A stretch of DNA of 64,000 bases, from the NCBI RefSeq assembly GCF_000143415.4, contig NW_003314295.1, positions 504,125 to 568,124 on the forward strand, read 5' to 3'. The position numbers were made by a program, and so were the translations under genes. This DNA comes from Selaginella moellendorffii (taxonomy: Eukaryota > Plantae > Lycopodiophyta). Below, one piece after another: positions 46,431 through 59,527 of this stretch. The notes below the pieces were generated by a model that made no database searches, had not been told where the DNA came from, and saw only the letters and a list, made by a program, of their open reading frames with translations. Every line of letters starts with the position of its first letter. Position 1 is the stretch's first letter.

Positions 46431-49400
46431 CACCTCAGCAATGATTCAAAGCTTGTTTTAAGCTTTGACACCTTTTCTAGGCTTTTTGGAGGCCTCTCCC
46501 AAGGTCCTTAACAGTCATATGAAGTAGTCAAATGAGACACATGTATCAAATGTGGATATATGTATATCACTACATACAAGGTGGCAATAGTGGCAAATTC
46601 ATTCCTATAGTAACTCAATTTTCCCTTCTAGCACTTAAAGGTGATACTAACCCACTGAAACCACAAGATCCCAGCTGAAGCATCACTCGACACAATTGTG
46701 GCCTCTTTCGCAGATAACACTATGGAACTTATCCACTAAATTCATGATGACTTAGGTGGTTTTCAACTTTGGAGGCACTCTATCCCGACATATAAAAGCT
46801 CTCAAGCTCATGACACGAACAGAGTTCACTCGAGGATATAGCAATCCACCTTAATGCATTAAGATGACATCTAACTTTAAAGGTTGACATAGTCAGCTTC
46901 ACTAGCATCTTTGGGCCTCCTTCAAAACACTTTTTTCCCACCTTGAGTATATTATAGCACAATGATATTAAACAGCTCTTAGCATCACTACCAACTTTTC
47001 TAATATTGAGTTTTTTTCTCTTTTCTTTATTTCTTTACTTTCAACTTGCCTTTCAAGACTTATATCCTTGCAGTGGCAAACTCAAGCTTGGATTTCAATC
47101 TTGAGGTGGCATCAATTTCAATCATCTGGAAGGTCATTCTTTCCCTCCTATAGTTTTTAGACTCTTCTCTACATCAAATTAATCCACACCTCATCACCAT
47201 CACTCTAATCTACTCATAGCCACTATCTAGTCCATTTTCCATTTGCTACAGCTTTATCCATCACTTGCTATATTTGTCTAAATCATTTTTCTCCACTTAT
47301 CTTACCATAAACACCTCCATTTTGGGACATCTTTACATAACATTATCTACTATACTCATATGTAGTAGATGCAATAAGAAGCAACCCCCCTGACCCATGT
47401 AACTCAAGATATGGAATGAACTTAATCGATAAAACACACTCTTGCAAATACTAGACACTAAAAGTTATTTTTGACTAGCCAAAAGTCCTTAACTGTAGTA
47501 CAAAGCTAAACATAGGCAAACAGTATTTCCTAAACTCATATAGATACAATAAGATACAATGATCTAAAATTGCCACTAGTTGCAAACATTTTCTTTTGCA
47601 ATGATTGCTATATAAGCTACTAATGATCATCCACATATTGCAAGATTCCTTCCATTACCAGTCTATTCAAGTTTGCTAACCATTCCACCCATCATTTGTC
47701 ACTATGATTGCAATCTTTCTGTTCCACCATATATCCCAAACTAGGCAACACATTCATTTCTCTTCCACTTTCTTTGGAACTTTGGGAGCAAACTTAAATT
47801 GTGTTTGAGGAACTTTTGAGAGGTTTGGAGACTTTAGAGGCTAGAGTCTAGGTTACTGCTTTGTTTCCTCTTGGATTCTTACTCCTTTTTCTTTGTTTTT
47901 CTTAATTATTCATTATTTTTTCTTCTTTCCACAATTTTTCTTAGGTTGAGTTCTTAGTTCTATAATCAAGTTTTCCCTATGTGGTTTCTTGATCTTAGAA
48001 CACTAGAACTTCTTTTCCCACTTTTATTTTCTTTGTTTTATCTTTGGTTTTCTTTCTTATATAGTTGATAGAAGATATTACATTAGAGCTTTCAACAGCA
48101 ATTTAGTTGTGAGTTTTTGCATGTGATAAAGTCTGATATGATTCCCTGTGGTCACCTATTAGGATATGCATATCCTTTAAACAAGATTCTCTAAAATATT
48201 CCACCATTAAAATTGTCCGAGGGCATTAAAAATATTTTGGGAGAGGGGGTATATACCCCTTTCTCCCCATTTAGAGGAAGTTCATTTAAAATATGGTTGA
48301 GCTTTATTTTCAACGCATGAGAAAGTGTTCTCTCCACCGTTGAAAGGTCTCAACAATGATACAAATAGTCTTGAACTATTAGTAAAATGATGAGAATAGA
48401 CATTATATTAGTATAAAAGGTTAATATCTAGGTGGCACTTTTGGATAGCAAAAATAGGAATTAGATATATAGAGTACTTGGACCAAAGTGCAAAGTTAGT
48501 GTGGCCTTGAGGCCATTTTTGGGTTGTAAGTTGCATAAAGGTTGTGATTGAGACTCCTTCAAGTGCAAAAGTGTAGTTAAGTGGTTAAGCAGAATGAAAA
48601 ATTTAAATAGAATCATATAGAATGCTTAACCATTACCAAACTATGTTAATTGTATTAGTAAATAAAGATATAATTAAGTTAATTAATTATTAATGACTTT
48701 ATATATTATAAATACTATCCATTAAGGATATTTAAGCAGTAGGAGTAGCAAAGTAGAGCTTTAAGGGTAGTGAGGAACTTCATACTCAAGAGTTTTTCAA
48801 GGGATTACGCAATCAACTATATTTTAGGGATGGTTATCAAAGTCTAAAATTGTATTTTCTAACTCATTAAAAATCTCTTGTCAAGATCTATTTAGCCATA
48901 GAAATAAATATTTTTTCTTAAAATTACGTGAAGCTATAAATTTCTCTCACTTTAAATAAAAGATTGCAAGAGAAAAATGTTGTGAATTGCTTGATCTTGG
49001 GTAAAACAATATTTTCTAGTGAAATCATCAACTCCCAATAGTGGATATATACTTAAACTTAAAAAATTTCATCCTTCTTAATATTCATAAAAAGGTGAAT
49101 ATACCCCTTTCTTAAAATATCCCTTATTCCTCATATTCATGTAATAAAATATTTTAAGGAATTCACTACCTTTAGTATAACAATCTAGCACATTCAAATG
49201 TTAGTAAAACTATATTCATCTAGTGGTGATGTAAGTTTGGTAAATAACCTTATGGAAGGGTAAGGTGATTTAGATGATTTTGATCTTAAAAACTTTTCAT
49301 TTATAAAGAATGTTTTGCTTAATTTCTTGATAAGGAGGAAGAGCTATGTGTTGCATGTGTAGTGTTAAAGGTCTTGTTTATAGATTTGACTTGACCATTT

Positions 49401-52400
49401 TCTTAAGGATAGTATGGTGTTAAATCTTTGTGCTTGATTGTCATGTTGTCAAATTTTAAGTGGTAGATGATAATAAATCTTCTCAAATCTTATTTTTCAA
49501 TGACAGAATCTCCAAGTAGCCAAAGGGAGGTGCTTTGCTTAGCCCCCACTGTGCGGCAATGAAGCTAGTGGCATGTAAAATTAAAAGAATACTTTAGTAA
49601 TCAACCATATTACAGAGAAATAGTTTTAGGTTTTAGCAAACATTTTAAAATTTAATAATAGACTATTAAATGGTGTGGGCGAAAGGCGGAGTGTTACACT
49701 TCCAACAATTATAACTAAAAAGGCATTTCATACTTTCTCCTCAACAAGAAGAGTTTGGCTCTTTTGGGTTCAATGTAAACTTCAATCTTGATTGTGAACT
49801 AATGGCACAAAGTTATATTTTATATTATTTTTAATAAGTTTTTTATTATTGGAGGATTTCTAGGTCCTACAAAAATTGAATGTACTAAGGGTACATGGGC
49901 ATTGAAGGAAGTGGGCTTTAACACTTAGTGGCAAGTTTGTATTAACAATCCAAAGTTGATAAATGTGGCTACTTATGAGACTTTTACTTTCTCTATGTTT
50001 AGAGTAGAATGTAAGATGAATTAATTGGAAAAATGAGTTTTGGAATTAAAGCCACTAACTTTTGGTAGAGTTATTTATATGTGGTTATATTGGTTTGTTT
50101 GGATAACAATTTATAATGTTATATAACAATATGAGTGATTCAAGAAATTCAATATCAAGAAATTAAATATCTAGTAGATCTAAACACCTTTTATAAATAG
50201 CTAAAAAAACCAAATTGAGACCAATATATAATAGCAAGAGTATCTAGTGGATATGATAAGCTATTGTATAGTGATATTGAGGGACTAGTGCTCAATATAT
50301 AAAAGATTTTTTATCAAGCTAATACAAGACAAAACAAATAAGAACTAAAAATTGGGCTAGGTATACTCAATAAGAAATACATATGAGTTCTTACTATATG
50401 CTTATTTGGCTCAAATGTTAAATCTAATTTAGTAACATTTGAACAAAAACAACTAACACAAGGAATTGGAAATATTGATTTTTTGTCATTGTGGCAATAA
50501 AGATAGAATATTTGAAAGATTTAACATATAATACCTAGAGTCATATTTGCAATACTACAAAAGACTTTTTCCATTGCTATACTTTAATCATTTCCCAATA
50601 CTATGCAATCCATTAAAAAAAAAGTTTTCAAAGATACATTTGAGATTGGAATTGGGGACCTAGAACTCATTCCAAACATTTCAAAACCAACACTTAGAAT
50701 ACAATATAATTAAAGCATTTCTTTAATACTTTATAACTTTTATATAAATGTAGTGAGATATGCAATTAAATGCAGCCAAAATAACTAAATATGTGAGGGA
50801 GTTATATTGCAAAAAGTACTAATAACTTCTTTATTAAGTGCCAAGTGTCTTAAATACTATTGAGAAAAAATCTATATATGTCTAAGAAACACAAAACAAT
50901 TATGCAAAACTAAAGTGTTTGAGAAAATTTCTAGAGGTTAGAAATTTATTAAATATAGCTATCTAAGTGTGTTATTTCATACAACCTTCCAAGTCTATTT
51001 TACAATTACAAAATAGGAGTGATCACAATGATCTTGTAGAGAAAATATAAAAGGACCTAAATAATTATTTCTCTTAGGCAAAATGATCAATTTTTCCTAA
51101 CAATACAACTTCAAATATTAAAGAAAGAGATGGTAGATCAACACAAATATACAGTTAGTCTAATTTGTTATTATATGATATATATTTGTAATGCATATAG
51201 TTTTGACTCTATACCATATAGTAATTTAAAAAATTGAACATATAGTTATAAGCTATAAATTTTTATTTTTCAATTTGCTAGCTTACTTCGTTTATTTGAC
51301 CACCTTTGTCTTGACTTTAGTTAGGTTCTTTTGCTAAAGTTCATGCCTATCATATTAATTCCAACTTGATTCTACTTAGGTTCAACTATTAATTATATGA
51401 GCATGGGGGGTTAGCCAACTCTTTACAGATTCCTAAAGTCTCTTTTAATCCCCCTCCTTGAGTTAGATTGAACTTTAGGTTCATCTACAATCTTTGTAAG
51501 CACAAGCAACCAAGCACATTAAACCTCTAGATTCCTAACGTTCTATAATATAGTAAAACTTATTTATAGAACCTTCTAAATCCCAAGCCTTAGGTGCATT
51601 CTTTTAGTTTGGGAACCCAAAGGGAAATATTATGGTTTAATGACTTGATATAAATACCTTAACTCCCCACCTCTGTCCTAAATGGAAGGTCCAAGCCTTT
51701 AAGAAAAAGCAAAGACTAATGAACCTCATGATACTCAAGTGGGACACCACTCTACCAGAGCTAGGAGCACTACAATTAGTTTCCTTTTCGGAAGTGGGAA
51801 CTGCTTTTGAGCACTTTCTTAAGAAGCCTCTTTAGCATTCCTTAAATCTATGTTTACTAACCCCTAATCCCAACCCTAACTTGATTTTGAAGCATTACTG
51901 GTATTCTAACCTCACTATCCCTATTATACTTTTGGAACCCTTTTCACGTTTAAGAGATGATCGCTTTGGGCTTTCACTTTACGATTTGTATTAGTATTTG
52001 AACTTGCCCCTTGGACTTGGTTTTGGACTTAATCTCGAACTCAATCTCGGATCTCAAACTCAATCTCATCAAATGAACTCTTTATTATTCTGGTCTTGAT
52101 TTTGGGGATCTTTTTAGCCTATGACACTTTCAGTAAATTGCTGCCAAAAAGCAAAGGAATAAAAGCACATAACAACTCACAAACATATAACTAAAGAGTA
52201 AAAGAAAAAGAGTATAGAGTGATATTGAAATAGTTCTAGAGCATATAACATCCCAATGTGAATACCTATATGTAAATGGAGCTATAGAGTTTGGGTTTAG
52301 ACCCAAGTCAAATGAAAAACAAAAATAAACATACTCAATAAGGAGATAAACAATGTCCAACCTACCTTTTATCCCTACTATATATTTTATACCTTCTATC

Positions 52401-52885
52401 CCTACTATCTAAGGATACCTATAAGTTATGTTATGTCAATTGCACATACAATTAAGTAGTATTTTCCTTTTGAGCCTAATGTTTGTACATTTAGAGATTT
52501 GCTAGATCATAAGATGGGCTATAAAGTACCTAAAAGAACTAATTTAACAAGCTATAAGTGTGGAAGTTACTTCTCATGTATGTAGTGTAACTGAAAATTA
52601 TTTATTTTGATCATAAAATGTTATAATTTTGACAACAAATGCTACTCTTCAGATTGTAACATTGATAATAAAGAAGAGCCCAAAGAGGTAAAAAAAATTT
52701 AAGATGTATATATCATTGATTCATTATATTAAGGATTCTATGTCAAAATTATTAGCTAATAACAATCCAATATAATTGTATAATATTAAAATATAAGATT
52801 ACTATTAGATGAAAATTTAGACTATAATGTGAAAGTATATTTAAGAATACTCTAAGTTTTGATTAATAAAATTAATTACAGAATT
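46431..52885. repeat. AT-rich mosaic of decayed transposon fragments
   Basis: Essentially no ORFs. Contains an inverted R fragment (~48820-49005), an old chromovirus LTR (~50150-50553) and a segment (~52015-52125) similar to ~40975-41110. Confidence 0.6.
50150..50553 (-). mobile_element. heavily decayed LTR fragment related to the 32153-39454 chromovirus
   Basis: Minus-strand TATTGCAAATATGACTCTAGGTAT vs LTR start TGTCGCGAATATGACTTCGGGTAT; ATATTGAGGGACTAGT block shared. Confidence 0.65.
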
Positions 52886-53401
52886 TGTGAGGGCCAAGTG
52901 TACGGTTACGATGCCGTATACTAATATTAGCTTAGTGGGGTTTTGGTAGCTGTTGGATTGGTTTCAATCTGGACCACTCGCTCCTGTATATAAGCTAGGG
53001 TTTTTGGGCTAATTAATATGCACATTTCTGTATTCCCTTTCCATATTCCATGCACTCACATTGGTGGAGATGAAGGGCACCTTTGATTGTCTTTAAGGAG
53101 TGCTTGGATTTGGGATTTTGGTTTAGATTTAGCTTTTGCATCGTCTAGATCTAGCTTTTTCCATTTCCTTTCTTTTGTTCTTTCTTTCAGGGTTTTGGTT
53201 TAGATTTAGCTTTTTGCGTTGTCTAGATCTACCATTTCCTTCTAGCTTTTTGTCATTTTTTTTCTTTTGCTCTTTCTTTTTCGTTCATCTTCATGGCAGA
53301 TCAGCAATCTCCTCCTTTGACTCTAGAGCAGCAGTTGGTACAATTGCTTGATGCTATGCACTTGCAATTGAACAACCAAACTCAGTTGATGGTGGCGTTC
53401 A

Positions 53402-53495
53402 CGGCACGTGGTACAACTCCTCCTGTTCTTGGTGCCAATCCTCGCGTTCGGCACGTGGTACAACTCCTCCTGTTCTTGGTGCCAATCCTCGTGTT
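53402..53495 (+). repeat. 47-bp tandem duplication frameshifting gag
   Basis: CGGCACGTGGTACAACTCCTCCTGTTCTTGGTGCCAATCCTCG[C/T]GTT twice. Confidence 0.9.
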
Positions 53496-56452
53496 CGGCC
53501 GGAGTTCTTTCGCAGGAATCCTGGGGATGATGTGTACCATTGGTTCGATCACTTCACAGTGATTGCCACATATCATTCTTGGGATGATGCTCAACGTTTG
53601 CGTGAGTTTCCCACGTGTCTCCAAGGGATGGCGTTGCAGTGGTACAATGGTTTGAGCGCAGCCACTCGTGGGGATTGGAGTGTTCTCCCGAACGTCTTCA
53701 AACGCGCCTTCAGACATGCCGATAATTATGATGATGCTTTCCAACAATTGCATTGTCTTCACCAAGGGCCATCTGAGTTGGTGATGCAATTTGGCATTCG
53801 TTTCCGAAGTCTTTTGCTTCGTGTGGAGCCAAATATGTCGGAGCGGATCAAGCTAGGAATGTTGTGGCCAGCACTTCGTCAAGATCTTGTCAGACTTGTG
53901 CATGCACTTGCTCCTGCCACCCTTGACGATGCTCTTCGCTTGGCACAACGTTATGAGACGTCGCCTCTTCCACTTCTCGCTACACGTCCTTCCGCTCCAC
54001 TTCCTATGGGTGATGGTCCTGTTCCAATGGAGGTTGATGCTGCTGCTGCTCGAGTCCAAGGACAAGCGTGAGGACGTGGTCGTGGCCGTGATGTTCGCGG
54101 CTGGGCGTGTGATGAAGTTTGTCATACTTATCGGCGTTGTCGTCGTTTTCCGGATTGGCGACCTCCATTTCCTGGGTGGAGACCTTGGCATCAGCAACAT
54201 CCCGTGTGTGCTATTGCAGTGGAAGGTCTGGACACCAAGATGCCTCCAGGAAACGAGGAGTCGCGCGAGTAACGGAGGGACCTTGCGCGAATAAATCAGT
54301 GACCCCTCCATCTTTCTTTCGGGAGTATCATCAAGGGGTTCACTCGGCACCGGTTCATCCAGTGTTTACTTTCCAAGCTCGTTTTTATAACAAGAGGTCT
54401 CCTATTATTCTCTCCGTGTTGGTTGATACAGGTTCGAGTTTGTTGCCACACGTTGTCGTCTACACTTGTGTCGTGCGGCGGAACCAGTTTTCATTTTTTA
54501 TGGCAACGGCCGTACACATGCATGTGCACGGGATGAGGTGGACCTGGTTGTGCATGTGGGCAATCTCGAGCTTGAGTTGCAGTCGTTGCGGGTGGTGCCG
54601 AGTCAAGCTTTTGACCTCATTCTTGGTATGGATTGGTTGCAGCGCAATCATGCCAAGTGTGACTTTGAGGCTTCTCCCCCTTGTCTCATACTTCCTTATG
54701 TTTCATCCATTCCTCTCACTTCCATACCTCTTCGTCCCTCTACTTCTACCTTTGCTTCCATTACTTTTGTTCCCCCACTCTTTCCTTCTGTGTTTCCATC
54801 TTGTTTTGCTTTTCCCTTTTCCGATCCCTCCGACGATCTTTGTGTTGCAGTAGTTGACCGGCTCATGAAGGAGTATTCTGATCTCTTTGAATTTGACCTA
54901 TCGTATGGGGCCAAGATTGCCACACGTCATCCGATTCCAACTGGGGATGCTAGTCCAATCAAGGTTCCTGTTCGTCGTCGGTCACCTAAGGAGATCAAGA
55001 TTTTACGAGCGAATGTCAAGGAAATGCTAGAGAAGGGTGTTATTTGGAAGTCATGGAGTCCTTGGGCATGTGAACCTCATCTTGTGACAAAGCCTAATGG
55101 GAGTATTCGTTTTTACATCGACTATCGTCCGTTAAATGAAGTGACGATCCCAGATGTGTATCCTCTTCCTCACACTGCTGATCTCTTGGATTGTCTGGGG
55201 CGAAGTCGTTGGTTCACCAAGCTAGATCTTGCTTCTGGGTATTGGCAAGTACCGATAGCCAAAGAAGATATTTCTAAGACTGCTTTTCATACACCATTTG
55301 GTTTGTACGAATTCTTGGTGATGCCTTTTGGTTTGAACAATGCTCCAGCAACTTTCTGTCAAGACCCCCAACAAGATCAAGACTAGAAAATGCTAAAGAC
55401 AAAGAGAAAAGCTAGTGGAAACAAAGAAGAGGCCTTAGATTGGTGTTGATTCAGATTGTGGAGAAATGGAACAAGGCTAACCTATATATACTATAGGTTG
55501 ATGAAGCTCCACCACTCTTGGATTGAGGACGGCCTAAATATAGCTGAGGTCGAGGAGGCGCCACATCATCATCAAGAATATGGCTCGAGACTCAAGAATC
55601 GGGAAGTGTCTCGAGAGTCAGGAATAGGGAAGTGTCTCAAGAGTCAGGAATAGGGAAGTGTCTCGAGAGTCAGGAATGTGGTCTGCAGGTCAGGAATCCG
55701 GCGCGAGTCAGGAATGTGGCAAGAATTGGGGGATTCCTGACAGCACCCCCTCCTCAAGAACGAGTGGAACGAGGATGTGAACGAGAACGAAGAGGAGGAT
55801 GAGATGAGCGGCGAGGAATGGGAGATGGAGAAAAAGAATGAGGACTGGGACGAGAAGGATAGCGGCGGTGGAAGTCCTGAACAAGGTCAGGAGAATGAAT
55901 CAGGTTGTCCGCAGGTTCCCAAGTGCGTTCCTCAGGTCCGTAAACCTTCCAGTCAACCAGATAGTAGAGTTTAGACCGTGAAATCTTGGAATCAAGGATG
56001 TCCTGAACCTCGTACTCAGACCCATCCTCGAGCTGCACTGGTGGAGGTGGAGGAATGACCCGATTTGGAATAGGACTGGGAATATAAGGCTCAAGGAGAG
56101 AGGAGTGAAAAATGGGGTGAATTTGATATGAGGAGGGAAGTGCAAGGCGATAAGTGACGGGATTAATGATGGTAGTGATAGGAAAAGGACCGAGGCGTTT
56201 GAAATCGAGTTTTGGACAGGGCCTGGTGGTGGAGATATTTCGCCTGAGGAGCCAGACTTTATCCCCAATATTGTAAGGGGGACAATCTTGACGATGGATA
56301 TTGGCAAATGTTTTGTGAGATTCCTGAGCACGATGGAGGTGGAAGGAGATGGAGTTGTGGATTTCTTGAAGGTTGGAGATAAATGCCTCAGAGCGGGGAT
56401 TTGAACGAGAGGATTCAGATGGAGAAGGAAGTGAGAGATTGAATTGGGGATT

Positions 56453-59400
56453 TCAGCCAGAGTTCGCAAAGAAGGGGGAAACTCGAAGAGAGGAGTGAAC
56501 AGAGTTGTTATAGGAGAACTCAGCAAGGGGAAGGATATCGAACCAGTTATCCTGATGATAGTTGATGAAGCACCTCAAGAATTGTTCCAGCGTCTGAATC
56601 GTTCGCTCGGACTGTCTATCAGTTTGAGGATGATATGCCGAAGAGAGGTTGGCCTTCACTCCAAGCAGCTGCAAAAACCGTTGCCAGAAATGAGAGATGA
56701 ACTGAGGCCCCCGATCCGAAACCACATCTATAGGAATCCCATGAAGTCGGAAAATTTCCCTGAATACCAGTTTTGCCATGTCCTCGCCCGAAAATTCCTT
56801 GGTACACGGCAAGAAGTGCGCCATCTTTGTGAAGCGATCCACCACAACTAAAATACTGTTGAAGCCTCCAGAACTCGGAAGATCACTCAAGAAATCCATG
56901 GAGATGGATTCCCAAGGACCTAAAGGGACCGGGAGGGAACGAAGCAAACCTGAAGGAAGGTGGCGAGGTACCTTATTCCGAGCACAAGTGTCACAGGAGG
57001 TAACAAAAGCTTTGATGTAGTCATCCATGTGAGGCCACCAAAAGTCCCGTCCAACTAGCTCATATGTTTTCACAATGCCGAAATGACCAGCAGTCGGGCT
57101 ATCGTGGCACGCCATCAGGACCAACCTTCGAGCATTACCTTCAGGAACGTAAAGCTGCTCCCCACGGTACAATAAGCCATCTAAGAACTCGAACTCGTCA
57201 AATCGTCGGCAATCGGGAGTCACTGGGTGTCCAGCCTGAAGATGGGTGAAAATATTGCTGGCGAGGTCATCAGATTGGAGATCGTTTCTGATTGCATCCA
57301 TCAAGGAGGAGTCCTGAGGGGCCAGGGAAATTGCCATAACTTGAAGCCGATCAGGACCGAGGATAACTTGATCCTGTTGATCGAAGGCAGGATTACCAGG
57401 CCTGAGACTGAGATAGGAGCGCCTTGAAAGAGCATTAGGAAGGCCTTGAAGCTTTCCAGGTCTGTACTTGATAACAAAGTCAAACTGACTCAGGAATTGT
57501 GCCCACCTTGCTTGATGACGGCTCAAAACTCGGGAAGTGGCAAAGTACTCGAGATTTTTATGATCCGTCCAGACTGTTGTTTGATGGCCCGCCCCCTCCA
57601 AGAAACGGCGCCACTCTCCAAAGGAATCCACGATGGCAAGGAGCTCCTTGTCGTGGATTTCGTAATTGATCTCCGCATGCTGGAATTTCCGAGAATGGAA
57701 AGCGACCGGATGAAGTTCAAGATCCGCTCCGAGTTGAGACAGCACAGCACCAATGGCAAAGTCGGAGGCGTCAGCCTCGATGAAGAAAGGTTGTGAGGAA
57801 TCAGCATGGATCAACACGGGAGCAGAACTGAATGCTGCCTTGAGTGTGTCGAAGGCGTGCTGGGCAGCAGTAGACCAAGAGAAGGGAACATACTTGCGAG
57901 TGAGATGCGTGAGAGGAAGGACAATGTCAGAGTAGTGATCAATGAATTTGCGGTAGAAGTTGGCGAAGCCAAGGAAAACCTGAACGTCCGACATTGATTG
58001 TGGAGGCTCCCACTCGAGAATAGTCTTGACTTTGGCAGGATCCATCGTGATACCTTCAGGAGTGACAATGTACCCAAGGAACTCCACAGACTGCTGATCG
58101 AAGGAACATTTCTCAAGCTTCGTGTATAGGCCGTGTTCTCGCAGCTTCGCCAGCACCTTACGTACATGTTCGTCGTGCTCCTCCTGAGTTCTTGAGTAGA
58201 TGAGGATGTCATCGAGGTAGACGATCACCATCTGATCAAGAAACTCCCGAAAGACGTCGTTCGCCATGTGTTGGAAAACTACGGGAGCATTTGTCAAGCC
58301 AAATGGCATGACAGTGTACTCGAAGTGGCCATAGCGGGTTCGGAATGCAGTCTTCCATTCATCACCAGGCCGGATCTGGATCAGGTTGTATGCGCCACGG
58401 AGGTCAATCTTGGTGAAGAAGCGGGCACCGCCGAGGCGTTCCAATAGGTCCGAGATCAGGGGCAGCGGATAACGGTTCCGAACAGTCACCTTGTTCAAAC
58501 CTCGGTAATCGATGACTAGCCGCAAACTCCCATCCTTCTTTTTGACAAAGAAGACAGGCGTGCCAGCCGGGGACTGCGAATGTTGAATGAACCCTGAGGC
58601 AAGGTTCTCATCCACGTACTCTTTGAGGGCCTTAAGCTCGGACGGGGATAACCCGTAGATAGGCCCCCACGGAGGCGACGCTCCTTCCTGTAAATCAATG
58701 GGACAGTCATAAGGCCAATGAGCAGGCAGTACACTAGCTTTTTTCTTGTCAAACACATCCCCAAAATCATGATACTTCTCAGGAAGACTAACAGGAAAAA
58801 CATGCAAAGCAAAAAGGAAAATAGATTCTTCATGAAGGAGTTCTTTCATAGTGATTGTGGAGATAGGAGGAGGTGTACGACTAAATGGAATGATGAGACG
58901 AGGATACTGTCCAGTGTAAGATGGAAGAGAGGAAAAAGAAGAGGATGAAAACTTCGTAGAGTCAAGAACAGAACCCCGACTTGAGTTTAGGGAACTTTTC
59001 CTGATTCGGACTTGATGAACACCAGGGGAAGCCGTGGGAGATGGTGATGTGGGAGAGATGAGCTGTAAGTCCTTCCAACAAATCTGAGGCTGATGTAGTT
59101 GGAACCAAGGAAGACCGAGCACCACAGAGGAGGACTTGCTGTTGATGATGTTGAAGGCGATATCGGTGACGGTGGACCCGATGTGTACTCGAACGGGCAA
59201 CGTTTCCCTAAGTCCAGAAGATGGAGACACAAAATGCCCGCCGATGCCTTCAACCCTCAGATCCCGTATGGTAGGAGAAAGAGGAACGTGATGTCGGGCA
59301 GCAAAGTCCGTGTCCATGAAGCAGGAAGTTGCACCCGAGTCCAGTAGCGCCAAAGCCTTGAGTCCTGATTGTCCGGTGAAAGAAAGGAGACATGGGACGC

Positions 59401-59527
59401 GGAAGTTGCGGGAATTGGTGGTGGCTTTGATGAAAGGTGGTGAGGAGCTTGATAAGGAAGAAAAGTGATTTTTATTTGGGGAGTCCAAACAGACAGCTCC
59501 TACTCTGTTTGGACAGGGTCGTTTCCC
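56453..59527 (-). CDS. pol of nested chromovirus (-1 frame; premature TGA at 56453 before the GPY/F and chromodomain region)
   Basis: PR-RT-RH-IN motifs in order in the 1046-aa ORF. Confidence 0.85.
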   Translation of the reverse strand, partial: GKRPCPNRVGAVCLDSPNKNHFSSLSSSSPPFIKATTNSRNFRVPCLLSFTGQSGLKALALLDSGATSCFMDTDFAARHHVPLSPTIRDLRVEGIGGHFVSPSSGLRETLPVRVHIGSTVTDIAFNIINSKSSSVVLGLPWFQLHQPQICWKDLQLISPTSPSPTASPGVHQVRIRKSSLNSSRGSVLDSTKFSSSSFSSLPSYTGQYPRLIIPFSRTPPPISTITMKELLHEESIFLFALHVFPVSLPEKYHDFGDVFDKKKASVLPAHWPYDCPIDLQEGASPPWGPIYGLSPSELKALKEYVDENLASGFIQHSQSPAGTPVFFVKKKDGSLRLVIDYRGLNKVTVRNRYPLPLISDLLERLGGARFFTKIDLRGAYNLIQIRPGDEWKTAFRTRYGHFEYTVMPFGLTNAPVVFQHMANDVFREFLDQMVIVYLDDILIYSRTQEEHDEHVRKVLAKLREHGLYTKLEKCSFDQQSVEFLGYIVTPEGITMDPAKVKTILEWEPPQSMSDVQVFLGFANFYRKFIDHYSDIVLPLTHLTRKYVPFSWSTAAQHAFDTLKAAFSSAPVLIHADSSQPFFIEADASDFAIGAVLSQLGADLELHPVAFHSRKFQHAEINYEIHDKELLAIVDSFGEWRRFLEGAGHQTTVWTDHKNLEYFATSRVLSRHQARWAQFLSQFDFVIKYRPGKLQGLPNALSRRSYLSLRPGNPAFDQQDQVILGPDRLQVMAISLAPQDSSLMDAIRNDLQSDDLASNIFTHLQAGHPVTPDCRRFDEFEFLDGLLYRGEQLYVPEGNARRLVLMACHDSPTAGHFGIVKTYELVGRDFWWPHMDDYIKAFVTSCDTCARNKVPRHLPSGLLRSLPVPLGPWESISMDFLSDLPSSGGFNSILVVVDRFTKMAHFLPCTKEFSGEDMAKLVFREIFRLHGIPIDVVSDRGPQFISHFWQRFLQLLGVKANLSSAYHPQTDRQSERTIQTLEQFLRCFINYHQDNWFDILPLAEFSYNNSVHSSLRVSPFFANSG

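Noticed and set aside
46431-52885. RIP-like hypermutation
   Set aside because: AT enrichment is adequately explained by long-term methyl-cytosine deamination; dinucleotide context cannot be quantified by eye.
55595-55672. 26-bp tandem repeats resembling a CRISPR array
   Set aside because: No spacers; ordinary U3 repeats present in both LTRs of a eukaryotic retroelement.
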